Positions 1-9,986 of a stretch of 64,000 nt of DNA are shown here, one piece after another; the stretch's first letter is position 1, and each line of letters opens with the position of its first letter. The notes under the pieces were generated by a model. That model did not search any database, was not told where the DNA came from, and worked only from the letters and a program-made list of their open reading frames with translations. The stretch is taken from positions 1-64,000 of the IMG/VR virus record IMGVR_UViG_3300033997_000074. One strand, given 5' to 3'. The stretch is from a virus. The translations under genes were made by a program, and so were the position numbers.

Positions 1-594
1 TTCATTTCTTTGCGCGTTTTTAATTACTTCCTCGGAGAGAGATTTTGAATTTTCTTTCTTCAAGGCCACAGACTTTTCAATCATCGAGGCATAGTGTTCT
101 TGGTTTTCTGTTGCCCACTTTTTCATTTGAAGAGATTTTCTTTCTTTAAATTCTTCAGTGTGTGAACAACCCCTACATGCTGCATTAGAAAGCAGCCTGT
201 ACTCATCTAGAAGTCCTGTTTCAACCTTGTGGTGGTTCAGCTCTGCTAGCTTCTTTTGCCTTGAAGGAGTATTAGCAAGCTTTCTTATTCTTGCTAAATG
301 TCCTGTTTCAACGTTTCTTTTACCCAAGGCTTTGTGTGTAGCAATAACTTTGTCCACCTCTTGCCTGCTCATTAAAATCCAAGCTTTGTAATCTGAGGCT
401 TTCTTATAAGCTTTCCATAAAAGTCGGTGAGCAAAACAGTGTTGTCGATAAGACAGAACAATTAGATTATCTTTGGAATCATCGCCTCCTGCATGGCGAG
501 GAACAATATGGTGAGATTCGGTATATTCACCTTGTTCGAAATGCTGATTCCTATATTTTTCAATAAACGCAAAGTAAAGTTTTTCGTAATTCAT
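1..594 (-). CDS. HNH homing endonuclease, intron-encoded; 3' end lies beyond the left window edge
   Basis: Manual minus-strand translation from ATG at 594: MNYEKLYFAFIEKYRNQHFEQGEYTESHHIVPRHAGGDDSKDNLIVLSYRQHCFAHRLL... It stays open for all 198 codons to position 1. It is absent from the ORF track because the edge truncates it. Confidence 0.75.
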   Translation of the reverse strand, partial: MNYEKLYFAFIEKYRNQHFEQGEYTESHHIVPRHAGGDDSKDNLIVLSYRQHCFAHRLLWKAYKKASDYKAWILMSRQEVDKVIATHKALGKRNVETGHLARIRKLANTPSRQKKLAELNHHKVETGLLDEYRLLSNAACRGCSHTEEFKERKSLQMKKWATENQEHYASMIEKSVALKKENSKSLSEEVIKNAQRNE

Positions 595-897
595 TTGTTT
601 CTCCCTTTTCGCCACTTACGCTTTCGCGTAAGACCAGACTATATCTTCACCCGGTATAAACAATACTTAGGGGCTCCCCATTTCGCCTCACTTGAGGCTA
701 CGGCATCACTGCCTAGTCGTTGAACCTTCCCTTTCGGGCTTGGCTGCTGATTGCCACATAACATATTGTTTTCAAACTTTCACGCTTGAGCCATCATTTT
801 AGAACAGGCTCTACGTTGTAGTCAATACGTCTTCGCGGGTTTCCAGCAATTAAAGGAGTTTTCAAGAGACCTTCCGGTCTCAGGCGACTTTTTTCAA
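1..897 (-). mobile_element. Group I intron (partial) interrupting the sheath-like gene, with the HNH ORF inserted after the P9-like hairpin
   Basis: Minus strand 897->595 shares ordered blocks with the terL intron: GCTGGAAACCC, GTTTGAAAA, ATCAGCAG, CAACGACTA, GATATAGTCT. It has GNRA-capped hairpins (GAGACC-GGAA-GGTCTC, CCC-GAAA-GGG, CTTACGC-GAAA-GCGTAAG). The 5' splice site is only approximate. Confidence 0.6.
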
Positions 898-1881
898 ATC
901 GATTGGTAGACCATCAAACATGTTACCGTCTTGGAAAATGTTTACACCACCAACTTCAGTGTAGAAGTTGTAGTTCTTCTCACGAAGATTGTTTTTAGCG
1001 GTGGCGCTAAGCTTAGAAACAGTAACTCCATTTACACGCTTAAAGTCCCAGTCGTTCGAGCCGGGAGTGTACGCAAGTTGAGCACCCGCCCAAGCAGCTT
1101 CCGGGTAATCCGAGTTAGCAGTTGGGAGGTAAACACCATAAGTACGACCAGCAGACTTAGCGCTAAGAATTGCACCAATGTCGGTAGTGCTGGTAGCTGT
1201 TGCAGTGGCGTCAGCAGTAGACACACCGTAAATCTTACGAACAGCGCCAATAGCATCTGACAGTGCTTCTTGATCAGCAGCAACGTGAGTCTCTGCAATA
1301 AGCAGATACCAACTGTCGTTGTCTTCAGTTACAGCATCAAGAGCTTCTACCCAAGTTTCGGTAGCAGTGGTAGTACCAACAGTGATATTGGAAGAAGCGG
1401 AGAAGCTCCAACCTTCACCCGGAGTTACCGGAGCTACACTGAAAGTGCCATCAAGGTTGTCAGTGAAATTAATCTCTACATCAGTGACAGCAGTATCAAG
1501 GGCTGCTACAATTTCAAGAGCAGAAGCATCAGCGTCAGAAGTGATGGTGTAAGTGGTGCCATTAATTGTGACACTGTACTCTGTGTTATTTGCTACAGTT
1601 CCGATGCTTGCGGTGATCGAGTCAACTTGACGACGACCAACAACAATGCTCGGAGGAACAGCACCAACGCCAGATTGACCAAAGAGCTTGGAAGCAATAA
1701 CATAAACGCTATCAGTGCTATCGAAGTCTTCTGCCACCTGAGTCATGCTCTCGTATACACGAGTACGCTCAGCAAAGTTAGTAAATGTTGCTAGAATCAA
1801 TGGAATCTGGAAACTAGCAGTTTGAACCGGCTGGGAAGCTCGTGTTAGCGTGATACGAATAATCTGATCGAGGTCACTCAT
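898..1881 (-). CDS. Tail sheath-like virion protein (DUF3383-like), exon 1; the last codons of ORF-track call 880..1881 are probably intron
   Basis: 333-aa ORF downstream of the neck genes. The C-terminal part (AAWAGAQLAYTPGSNDWDFKRVNGVTV...NNLREKNYNFYTEVGG) resembles sheath-family proteins from memory. The ORF runs straight into group I intron sequence. Confidence 0.5.
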
Positions 1882-1893
1882 ATTAATCCTCTT

Positions 1894-2481
1894 TTATGGG
1901 GTAGGAGTTGGGATGGGGGTTGTATCAGGGACGCCGAAGGTTTCATTGTAAACTTCAACTCCACCCTCATTTTCAACTATGCCGTTGATAATCGCAGACT
2001 CGAAATAATCAATCTGCTCTTCACTAACAACTTGATAAGTGAAAGTGATGTCTAATGTGTGGTAATCAACCCACCTTGTCTCTCTTTTGACAGGACTATA
2101 AGCAATGTTTCCTTTACGAATAAACCCAAGCTTTTCCTGCCGGAAAACATCTTGAATCAAAGGACTGTACAGCTTGTTAGAGAGAGTGTGGGCCATGTCA
2201 CCACTATCTCCGCCTACAAAGAGAATCCTGAACTCTACTTCGTATGCGGAAGAATAAGAAACTTTAAAGTCGGTGCTAGTGAGAGTTGAGGAAGAACCTC
2301 TACCTTGACTGTAAACACCGAGAACAGAGATAACGACATAACTGTCATCCGGCTCTGTACCGTTCAAATGAGAAAAGATAATAGGAGCTGTATCTTCGTT
2401 ATATGTGGGATAATAATCTTGCAATGAAGCCCATACACCCCTACGAACAGCTTCTTTTATTGTTGTATAAACTCCTGCCAT
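1894..2481 (-). CDS. Hypothetical virion (neck/tail) protein
   Basis: 195-aa ORF packed between the sheath-like and gp10-like genes in the structural operon. Confidence 0.5.
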   Translation of the reverse strand: MAGVYTTIKEAVRRGVWASLQDYYPTYNEDTAPIIFSHLNGTEPDDSYVVISVLGVYSQGRGSSSTLTSTDFKVSYSSAYEVEFRILFVGGDSGDMAHTLSNKLYSPLIQDVFRQEKLGFIRKGNIAYSPVKRETRWVDYHTLDITFTYQVVSEEQIDYFESAIINGIVENEGGVEVYNETFGVPDTTPIPTPTP

Positions 2482-2484
2482 TTA

Positions 2485-2949
2485 TCACCCCTTCTCAATT
2501 TTGAACTTAACCGAGTTTTTCATTGTCTCTGTTTCAATCAGAGGATCATTAAACCCTTTTAGTTCTACGGTAAGGGCTGCGTTAGGTGGAGAAGACCACT
2601 GTTCAATAATTTCTTTTGTATCTTGTACTAAGAAAGTGCCAAGTTTTGCATATTCTTGCTGCACGTTTGAAAGATTAAGAATTATTCGTCGAGCTGCTTC
2701 TTGATAATCTTTCCTATACGGAGTGCTTCTTACAACACCAGTCAAACCCTGAGCACCAGACATAAACGGGCGAGCGGGGGGTCCAAGACCAGCATCTTGA
2801 ATTCGGGCAATGTAGGCAACAGGAAGATTTTCATTTTCAGGGCCGTAACGATCTTCTTCAAAGAAACCGACACTAAGCTGAATAGAATCTGCTTGTCGGA
2901 ATTTCTTTTTCATTACTTCCCAAACTTTCTTGTCAACCTTCAGACTCAT
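2485..2949 (-). CDS. HK97 gp10-like neck/tail-completion protein
   Basis: 154 aa. The motif GLGPPARPFM is typical of the gp10 family, and the position in the neck module fits. Confidence 0.55.
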   Translation of the reverse strand: MSLKVDKKVWEVMKKKFRQADSIQLSVGFFEEDRYGPENENLPVAYIARIQDAGLGPPARPFMSGAQGLTGVVRSTPYRKDYQEAARRIILNLSNVQQEYAKLGTFLVQDTKEIIEQWSSPPNAALTVELKGFNDPLIETETMKNSVKFKIEKG

Positions 2950-3311
2950 GGCGTTGGCCCTATCCTAGCTGCCCATGCCTCGTGGTGGTCAAGAACTCCC
3001 ATATCCCAGCTCTGAACTTTCATTATCTGGTAACGATAACCCTTCCAAATAAATTCATCGGCATCGTATCCTTGTGCCCCCTCTTGCTTTGTTCTTACAA
3101 GGTCAGTTGTCCAAAGCCTGTACCACTCACGAGTGCGATCAGATTCAGGCATCATTTGAACTTCAGAAGGCTTCAAAGGCTGGATATTTGCACGAATTGG
3201 CACTTCAACGATTGGCCCCTCTACCCACACGCCACGGACATAAGAACCCGCTTCTTGTCGGTAGATGGTAAGTGGGACTGTTCTAGTCAGGAGAAATCTT
3301 GGAATAGACAT
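2946..3311 (-). CDS. Head-closure / head-tail adaptor protein (positional call)
   Basis: 121-aa ORF whose start and stop overlap its neighbours in the neck module. Confidence 0.4.
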   Translation of the reverse strand: MSIPRFLLTRTVPLTIYRQEAGSYVRGVWVEGPIVEVPIRANIQPLKPSEVQMMPESDRTREWYRLWTTDLVRTKQEGAQGYDADEFIWKGYRYQIMKVQSWDMGVLDHHEAWAARIGPTP

Positions 3312-3322
3312 TCACTTCTCCT

Positions 3323-3736
3323 TCAGAAAGTAGAACCGTAGGCTTTGCAAGTGTTACAACCACAAGATTCTTCGTGGTCACAAACTTGAATGTTAAGAAG
3401 CTTAGAGCAACTATCTTTACTTCCATACCAAGGGTACAATCCATCAGGCATAAACATGCCTGCACCCTTCATCAGATTTTCAAGAACTTTAAAGTAGCTT
3501 GTTGATACAGAGTTCCACACCTCTATTGAACCAGTGCGTTCACGAGTGCTCCAAGCAGACAATTGTGCATAAGCACTTGCTGCTGCAAACCTTGCTGCTT
3601 TATAAACATCCCCCTTAGAGAAATCTAAAAGCTTTTGAATTTCTTCGTCGGTTAGAAGCATGTAGAATGGAGACGTTTCCGTATCTCCGATCAAAATTCG
3701 AATTAAACTGATCTTTTCTTCGTCAGTCATGGGCAA
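3323..3736 (-). CDS. Head-tail connector (gp6-like) protein
   Basis: 137 aa with N-terminus MPMTDEEKISLIRILIGDTE...LLTDEEIQKLLD, typical of connector/DNA-packaging adaptor proteins. It lies after the capsid gene. Confidence 0.5.
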   Translation of the reverse strand: MPMTDEEKISLIRILIGDTETSPFYMLLTDEEIQKLLDFSKGDVYKAARFAAASAYAQLSAWSTRERTGSIEVWNSVSTSYFKVLENLMKGAGMFMPDGLYPWYGSKDSCSKLLNIQVCDHEESCGCNTCKAYGSTF

Positions 3737-3790
3737 AGCCTCTCCTTTTAATTTAAGGAGGGCAAAACCAAACGGCTTGCCCTATAATCT

Positions 3791-3967
3791 TTAAGCTTGA
3801 AGAGCAGCAATCACAGCATTAAGCAGCGTGGCAACATCTTCAGCAGTAGCCGTAGCGGGAGTAGCAATAGGCTCAAGAGCAACTACTTCTGCTTTAGTGG
3901 ACACATCCAGACCAGCAGCAAGCTGACGAACTGCGTAAAGCCAACCAGCTTTAGTTTCAACATCCAT
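3791..3967 (-). CDS. Small 58-aa protein between the capsid and connector genes
   Basis: Manual translation: GGAGACACCT ATG, MDVETKAGWLYAVRQLAAGLDVSTKAEVVALEPIATPATATAEDVATLLNAVIAALQA. Below the ORF-track size cutoff. Confidence 0.4.
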   Translation of the reverse strand: MDVETKAGWLYAVRQLAAGLDVSTKAEVVALEPIATPATATAEDVATLLNAVIAALQA

Positions 3968-3984
3968 AGGTGTCTCCTAAATAT

Positions 3985-4008
3985 AGGAGGCTATATTTCA
4001 AGCCTCCT
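3985..4008 (-). terminator. Rho-independent terminator after the major capsid gene
   Basis: AGGAGGCT/AGCCTCCT 8-bp stem with an 8-nt loop, followed on the minus strand by ATATTT. Confidence 0.55.
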
Positions 4009-4036
4009 TATTGTCTAACTATAAATCCTAAGAGGA

Positions 4037-5098
4037 TTAAACCAGCGACAGACGAACGATAGCACCCGGATTCAGCAGAGCGTTCAGGAAGTTTTGCTCA
4101 GTCATAATCTCGATGATGTCATCTTTCTCGTTCATGTACTCGAACCAGTAGCTACCCTGAGCACGGCGGTTGATGGTGCCGAAACGGTTAGCAGGAGCGA
4201 AGTAGGTCTTGAACATATCACGAACACCAACAGGCATCATGTAGGCATCACCTTCCGGTACGAACGGAACGAAAGTGCCAGCAGCGTTTTCATAACCGGC
4301 AGCACCTGCGTTGATGAAGGTGATACCGAACAGGTCAACATACTCAAAGCGAGCATCGGTAGCCAGCGACTGCGGCTGACCCAGCAGAACAGCAAGGCTT
4401 TGTGCGCCAGCGTCAGACTTCATTGCATCGGTAACATAGGGGTTCAGCAGCAGTGCGTTGAAGAAGCTGTCCGAAGCCAGAACAACGAAGCGGCGGATGG
4501 TGCCAGCTTGACCACCAGTCAGGCCAGCACGAACAGCTTTCTTGGCATCAGCGAAGTCGCCACGCGGGTCAACCGAAGCTGCCAGATTAACACCAATCTC
4601 TTCACGAGTAATACCAAACTCGGTGTAGTAGTTGGTCGATACAGTGCCGTTCGGAGCATAGACAGTACCGGCAGTGATAAGCTGCATACGAGCGGCTTCA
4701 AGGGTCAGACCATGAGCTTCACGCAGGTCAAACATCTTGTCAGCACGGACGTTAGCAACGCTTTCCAGCTCAGCGGCTTCAGCCATAGAGTTGGCAGAAA
4801 CAATACCATCGATGTCATTCGGGGTGATAGCGTCATCTGCCGGGAAGTGCGGAATCTTGAGCAGCAGCGAGTCGCGTTGACGACCAGCGATAGTTTGGTT
4901 ACGCTCATCCCAGTTACGGTCTTCCAACAGAGTGGAGCCACGCTTGGTGCGGGTGATTTCAACAGTCTTCTGACTGGAGAAGGTCGGAGTGAACAGACCA
5001 AGTGCGTTGGTGATACCTACAGTGTTCGGGATTTGAATCAGGCTGTCGGTACGGTCAACTACCTTAGTGCGGTCATTCGGGTTAATTACGAGAGGCAT
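4037..5098 (-). CDS. Major capsid protein, lambda gpE-like
   Basis: 353 aa. The order protease-decoration-capsid matches lambda C/Nu3-D-E. The C-terminal pattern FVPEGDAYMMP...IMTEQNFLNALLNPGAIVRLSL parallels the lambda gpE end as recalled. Confidence 0.85.
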   Translation of the reverse strand: MPLVINPNDRTKVVDRTDSLIQIPNTVGITNALGLFTPTFSSQKTVEITRTKRGSTLLEDRNWDERNQTIAGRQRDSLLLKIPHFPADDAITPNDIDGIVSANSMAEAAELESVANVRADKMFDLREAHGLTLEAARMQLITAGTVYAPNGTVSTNYYTEFGITREEIGVNLAASVDPRGDFADAKKAVRAGLTGGQAGTIRRFVVLASDSFFNALLLNPYVTDAMKSDAGAQSLAVLLGQPQSLATDARFEYVDLFGITFINAGAAGYENAAGTFVPFVPEGDAYMMPVGVRDMFKTYFAPANRFGTINRRAQGSYWFEYMNEKDDIIEIMTEQNFLNALLNPGAIVRLSLV

Positions 5099-5145
5099 AT
5101 TTTAACTTTCCTTTATTTAATTAATAACGTGGCAAAATATGCCGA

Positions 5146-5604
5146 TTACTTGGTTTCCAGAACCACGATACCTTGCTTTTCCAGCACTTCTTTCAGAGAA
5201 GCAAACTGAGCATCGGTAAGCGGGGTGCCGAGGGTGTCAGCGAACTGGCGAATGTAGTATTCTTTCAGTTGCAGGCCACCAGAATGACCAACAAAACCAA
5301 CAGCGTTATACTGACCAGCAACAATGGCACGCGGAACGAACGAGGGGTTGAAGCTGTAATGGTCGCCGTAAATAACAGCAAACTCATTGGTTTCTGCGAT
5401 TTGAGCAGCGGCGCTCAGAACTGCGTAAGCGCCTTCAGGGTCAGTACCCTTGGCACGGTAAACAACAGTGCCGATTTCAACAGCAGCGCCACCAGCCGGG
5501 GGAGTGACGTTTACACATTTACGGCCATAACCAACACTCGGATCAATTTCGTGAACAACGAGGTCAGACAGGCGCTTGGAGTAAGGCATGGTTACGAAAG
5601 GCAT
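5146..5604 (-). CDS. Head decoration protein (gpD-like, positional)
   Basis: 152-aa ORF immediately upstream of the capsid gene, as in lambda-like head modules. Confidence 0.5.
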   Translation of the reverse strand: MPFVTMPYSKRLSDLVVHEIDPSVGYGRKCVNVTPPAGGAAVEIGTVVYRAKGTDPEGAYAVLSAAAQIAETNEFAVIYGDHYSFNPSFVPRAIVAGQYNAVGFVGHSGGLQLKEYYIRQFADTLGTPLTDAQFASLKEVLEKQGIVVLETK

Positions 5605-5622
5605 ATTTTAAATTCCTTTAAA

Positions 5623-6996
5623 TTAACGGTTTTGAAGACGGGCTTGAATCAGCGCATCGGTAGTGGAAGTTTTCGGAGCAGCGGTCTCTTCAACAGAAGC
5701 CTCTACGCCTTGATCACCGACCTCGGTGAACATCTCACTGTTTTCAAGAGCTTTAGCTTGAGCAGCCATAGCGCCTACAACAGTGGAGAATGCAGCGTCG
5801 TCCAGAGAAGACAGGGAAGCAGCCAGAGCTTCTACTTGGTCAGCGGAAGTGACAGCAGCCAGCTTGTCTTTACGAGCTTGCAATTTCTGCTCTGCTTTCT
5901 CTTGTTCCAGTTGTGCAACCAGAGCTTGAGCATCAGCCAGAGCGGTTTCTTTTTCACCCAGAGCAGCTTCAAGAGCAGCCTTCAGTTGGGTCATATCTTC
6001 AAGGGATGCTTGAAGAGTAGTAACTTGTGCCTGATAGTCAGACAGTTGAGTTTGAAGCTCTTCGAGCTTTGGCATATCCACGGACATATTAGGAGTTACC
6101 TCATTCTTCATAAATTTAAAAATACGATTGTTCATTTCTTTCCCGGTCTTATTAGATTGGGCCTCTGACGACAAGTAAGAGTAGAAGTCTTCCAGAGTCA
6201 TTATTTTATCAGCTAGACCCAAAGCAACAGCTTCTTCTGAAAGAAACGTTTTAGCTTCGGTATTCCTCACTGCTTCCACGGACATGCCACGATGTTCTGC
6301 AACATATTCAGTGAAATCTTTGTAGAGAGCATCCACTTTATTTTGAAGGTCTTGAATAAATTCTTTTCGGAAACTTCCGTCTTCAGCAAAAGGAATTTTT
6401 TCTGATCCTGCTGTAACAAAGGTTCGCTCATAGCCTTTCTGTTCAAGGGCTTTTGAATCATTCATCAAGCGGATAAGAACCCCGACCGATCCAATCTCAG
6501 ATTGCTTGTTCGAAACAATTTCGTCGGAGATTGCGGTAAGTCCATATGCTGCCGATGCACTAAGGCCATCCACATAACTAATGATTCGTACACCGTTCTC
6601 ATCTGCTAGTTTTCGCAGATAATTACCAGTGTCCATCATTCCGTAAGCTTCACCACCACCAGACTCAACCATAAAAGCAATGGTCTTGGCACCTTCAACA
6701 ACAAGAGATTCGAAGTCTTCTTTAATACTCTCGTAAGAAGTTCCACCACAGAGAGCTTCCCACCCGGTAGACTTGTTGGTCAGAGGGCCAGTGATGCTGA
6801 TTACACCAAGATTATTTTCAGCGTAATAGAGTGTGTCATACATCGAAAACTCTAGAGAATCTTCTTTAGTCTCCAGTACAGCACCACCTTCACAACGCTT
6901 GTCCAAATAATTCATCACCGATTCGAAGGTGCGAGGGTCGATCAACAAAGGAGTGTCGAACATCTTGCTTCTTAGGCGAGTGAGTTCATGTGCCAT
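5623..6996 (-). CDS. Prohead protease (S49/SppA, lambda gpC-like) fused to a coiled-coil scaffold domain
   Basis: ESGGGEAYGM and DGLSASAAYG motifs fit the S49 ClpP fold. The C-terminal roughly 150 aa is heptad-rich (LEELQTQLSDYQAQVTTLQASLEDMTQLKAALEAALGEKE...). Confidence 0.85.
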   Translation of the reverse strand: MAHELTRLRSKMFDTPLLIDPRTFESVMNYLDKRCEGGAVLETKEDSLEFSMYDTLYYAENNLGVISITGPLTNKSTGWEALCGGTSYESIKEDFESLVVEGAKTIAFMVESGGGEAYGMMDTGNYLRKLADENGVRIISYVDGLSASAAYGLTAISDEIVSNKQSEIGSVGVLIRLMNDSKALEQKGYERTFVTAGSEKIPFAEDGSFRKEFIQDLQNKVDALYKDFTEYVAEHRGMSVEAVRNTEAKTFLSEEAVALGLADKIMTLEDFYSYLSSEAQSNKTGKEMNNRIFKFMKNEVTPNMSVDMPKLEELQTQLSDYQAQVTTLQASLEDMTQLKAALEAALGEKETALADAQALVAQLEQEKAEQKLQARKDKLAAVTSADQVEALAASLSSLDDAAFSTVVGAMAAQAKALENSEMFTEVGDQGVEASVEETAAPKTSTTDALIQARLQNR

Positions 6997-7007
6997 TATT
7001 CACTCCT

Positions 7008-8537
7008 TCATGTGTTTTCATTGTTAGAAATTGATCCGTCACCAGAACTGCCATCCACTGTACCCGTGCCCGAGCTAAGTCCCTCTGTCATCCCATCACC
7101 ACTTCTTGAAGTCATATTCCCAAGAGCAGCATCAAGCTCTTCTTGAGTCATGGTGTCTGGAACACGATAAGGGATATCAGCCTGCTTCATTACCCAGTTG
7201 ATTGTGTCTCGATTACGCGGGAATGTAGAAACAGCGGCAGTACGTTGAATAAACTTACTCACTTCATCCAGAGATTCTTTGCTCACATTTCCGTAAGTGA
7301 ATTCTGGCATGATTGTTGTATCCCAACCATTCTGTTCAAACAAGGTTCGGACAAGTTGGTGATTAAGCTGATTCTTGATTTCGTCAAGCTTGGCTTGAAT
7401 ACCCATCTCAATGATGCTAACCTTGGTTTCACCAAGGGCGAATGAGCCACCACCTTGTTGACCAAGAGCCAAGAAGTCAGCAAACAAACAAGTCAGAATC
7501 TCTCGGGTGTAGCGATTGATGATCTTGTCCGTATCATGGGCCTTTTGCCCCGTAATACTCATTACTTCAAAATCAAACATCCGCTTGCCAGTTTCATCTA
7601 ACAGCAAAGGAAGAATCAACCCGGATTGCTTAGCTTGGTGCATATTAGCCATTGCCTTCTGATACTCAGCAAAGACAGCTTTGTTCTCGTCAGAAGCATC
7701 GGATGCCATATACTGAGGCGGCAGATACAACACCTTAAAGCCATTCACATCTTGGGCACAGGACAGGGCCTCTGATTCCTGAAAAGCTGTCTTAAACTTC
7801 CAAGCCAACCATGCCCCATTCAAACTACTAACTCCGCAGGGTGAATCTTTCAGCGGATTATTGCGGAACAAAAGGAACTTTTTACGAGGGATTCGTTTAA
7901 CTCCGCCCTGTACATTCTCAGCAGAAGCATTTACAAAGTCCCATCCATACGAGGGGTTTGCTCCGTCTGGAACTACAACTCGCTGGACAAGTCCTGCAAG
8001 CTCTCGTCCACTGTTCTTCCAATACCAACCGTCAATAGTGTCTTGAGCGCGAATAGGAAGTTTCTTTACACCAACAAGCCCGTCATTGAATTTAGACCCA
8101 TTCTCTTTACGACGATATCGAAGAACAATCTCAAGAACAGAGAAACCATATCGGTTAAACGTGGCAGCTTGTTTAATCATGCTTTGCCAGTCATGATCCA
8201 TGTCCACCATCACTTGCTTGAGATAATTGGCTTTATCGGCAAGTTCCTCTTCATACCCTTCAGGAATCTTGACATCCCAAGGAACTCGTGCAATCATGGT
8301 TTCAACAAGTTCAAGAGCAGGGCTGATAGCAGCATCCTTAGCCATCTTCTTGTATGTTTCTATCGCTTGAGGCCAACGAAGTTCATGGCTGCAATCTTCC
8401 ATGATTTGTCCGTTAAGGCTCAGGATTCCATTATAACCTGTCTCTCTGAAAGAGATGCTTGGAATCTCATTATCCCCTTGTTCAAGCTGTACATCTTCAA
8501 CACTCTCCGCAACGGAGGCATCTTGTTCGTCAGCCAT
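7008..8537 (-). CDS. Portal protein
   Basis: 509 aa, located between terL and the protease. Size and synteny only. Confidence 0.75.
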   Translation of the reverse strand: MADEQDASVAESVEDVQLEQGDNEIPSISFRETGYNGILSLNGQIMEDCSHELRWPQAIETYKKMAKDAAISPALELVETMIARVPWDVKIPEGYEEELADKANYLKQVMVDMDHDWQSMIKQAATFNRYGFSVLEIVLRYRRKENGSKFNDGLVGVKKLPIRAQDTIDGWYWKNSGRELAGLVQRVVVPDGANPSYGWDFVNASAENVQGGVKRIPRKKFLLFRNNPLKDSPCGVSSLNGAWLAWKFKTAFQESEALSCAQDVNGFKVLYLPPQYMASDASDENKAVFAEYQKAMANMHQAKQSGLILPLLLDETGKRMFDFEVMSITGQKAHDTDKIINRYTREILTCLFADFLALGQQGGGSFALGETKVSIIEMGIQAKLDEIKNQLNHQLVRTLFEQNGWDTTIMPEFTYGNVSKESLDEVSKFIQRTAAVSTFPRNRDTINWVMKQADIPYRVPDTMTQEELDAALGNMTSRSGDGMTEGLSSGTGTVDGSSGDGSISNNENT

Positions 8538-8540
8538 TCA

Positions 8541-9986
8541 TTAGCCTCCTTGTATGTTGGAAAATGGGTTGTTAGATTTGAGGTTTGTAGATAGAAGACC
8601 TGGACCAAAGTTTGGAATATGTATCCTAGACGCTAGGGCAGCGAAACAGTCGCTTAGCGTATCGACGACATCATCGTGGCCGTTTTTACCCGACTTGCGC
8701 TGTCCCGTGAAGTTCTCCACTTCGTTGTAGAAGAATGTCAGATCGTCATATACCCCATTCTCAAAATCAGTGCCGCAGTCTTTGAGAATATGCATAAACC
8801 CGTTATTAATAAAAGCAGCAACAGGACGGAAGCGATTAAGCTTATCCCCACTCGCCTTCATTTCACGAACAACATATCCTTGACTGATGATCTCTTTCTT
8901 GATTTGAGAGTTTGCAAATCTTGCACTAGCTCCGGGGTCAAGAGGAATGATAATGTCAACGCTTCTACCATCACGCTCTGCGTTTTCAAGAATGAACTTA
9001 GCCCATTCTTCAACACCAATCCGAGTTCGTTGAACGTCGTGAATGAAATAATCACCATTTTTCAACTTACTCATTTTAATAGATACAAAATAGTCTGGAT
9101 CGTAGGTCATATCCTTTGTCTTCTTCGTAGAAGCAAAGTCATATGCGCGAACAGTCTTTACAATCTCGTTCCACGGAGGAGGATTATCAGCTTCTTTAAA
9201 TGCTTCCCGTCTGACAAGACCTTCACCTGCAGCGCGGGCCTCCCAGTTACCGTGCAGCAGAATTTCTTTCTCAATACGCCCAAGACCTTCAAGAAAAGCA
9301 ATATAACTGTCTTCGATGTATGGGTTGTCATATACCGAGGCAGAAATCATCGCAAACGAAAGTGGTTTGATTTGCTTCTGGTGTGAGTCAGGAAGAAGAT
9401 TTCCATCTTCATCTTTTCTTCCGTACTTCTCGAAAAGTTCGTCTCGTGTGTCAGCCCAAATCATTTCGTTATCAATACGAATGAACCAACGAACTTTACC
9501 CTGCTTGTCTGGATCAGGACGACCAAAGAACTCATGCCCGGCCGGGTACAGATACCAGTCTATCCATTTCCTAACCCACGAGTCAGGAAGGGGGTTCATC
9601 GTCGCACGGGCGACGGGCTTCATGTCGGCCTTTGTACGCAAACGAGAGAGAATATAGAGGAACTGAGATTCTTCAAACTGGCACAACTCATCTAGGACAC
9701 ACGAGGAAATTTGTGAGCCTTGAAAATTGTCCGTATCATCTACACGTTCAAAGTGTGTAAAAGAAATCTCTGCCTTTCTCTCTACTTCTTTAACAGGACC
9801 GAGCGTAATCTTCATATCTTTCAATCGAATCTTAGCAGAACGGTCTACTTGTTTATAAAGAGCCTTGGCCTCATCCCAAATTGCTCCGGGTTTGGTCAAC
9901 ATCGGAGTTGTTCGACGAATAGTCAAACCTTTGTAATAAGGGATATGAATATATTTTAGGTGGTGCATAAGGCTAGCGAATGACTT
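8541..9986 (-). CDS. terL: Terminase large subunit, exon 2
   Basis: Walker B VLDELCQFEE, coupling motif ATMNP, and a C-terminal nuclease domain. There is no Walker A unless this is joined to exon 1. Exon 2 begins AAG TCA TTC (KSF). Confidence 0.85.
   Translation of the reverse strand, partial: KSFASLMHHLKYIHIPYYKGLTIRRTTPMLTKPGAIWDEAKALYKQVDRSAKIRLKDMKITLGPVKEVERKAEISFTHFERVDDTDNFQGSQISSCVLDELCQFEESQFLYILSRLRTKADMKPVARATMNPLPDSWVRKWIDWYLYPAGHEFFGRPDPDKQGKVRWFIRIDNEMIWADTRDELFEKYGRKDEDGNLLPDSHQKQIKPLSFAMISASVYDNPYIEDSYIAFLEGLGRIEKEILLHGNWEARAAGEGLVRREAFKEADNPPPWNEIVKTVRAYDFASTKKTKDMTYDPDYFVSIKMSKLKNGDYFIHDVQRTRIGVEEWAKFILENAERDGRSVDIIIPLDPGASARFANSQIKKEIISQGYVVREMKASGDKLNRFRPVAAFINNGFMHILKDCGTDFENGVYDDLTFFYNEVENFTGQRKSGKNGHDDVVDTLSDCFAALASRIHIPNFGPGLLSTNLKSNNPFSNIQGG

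Noticed and set aside
4094-6168. Long plus-strand ORFs of 371 aa (4094..5209) and 331 aa (5173..6168)
   Set aside because: They lie antisense to the confidently called capsid, decoration and protease genes. They are Ser/Val/Asn-rich with no SD and look like shadow ORFs.
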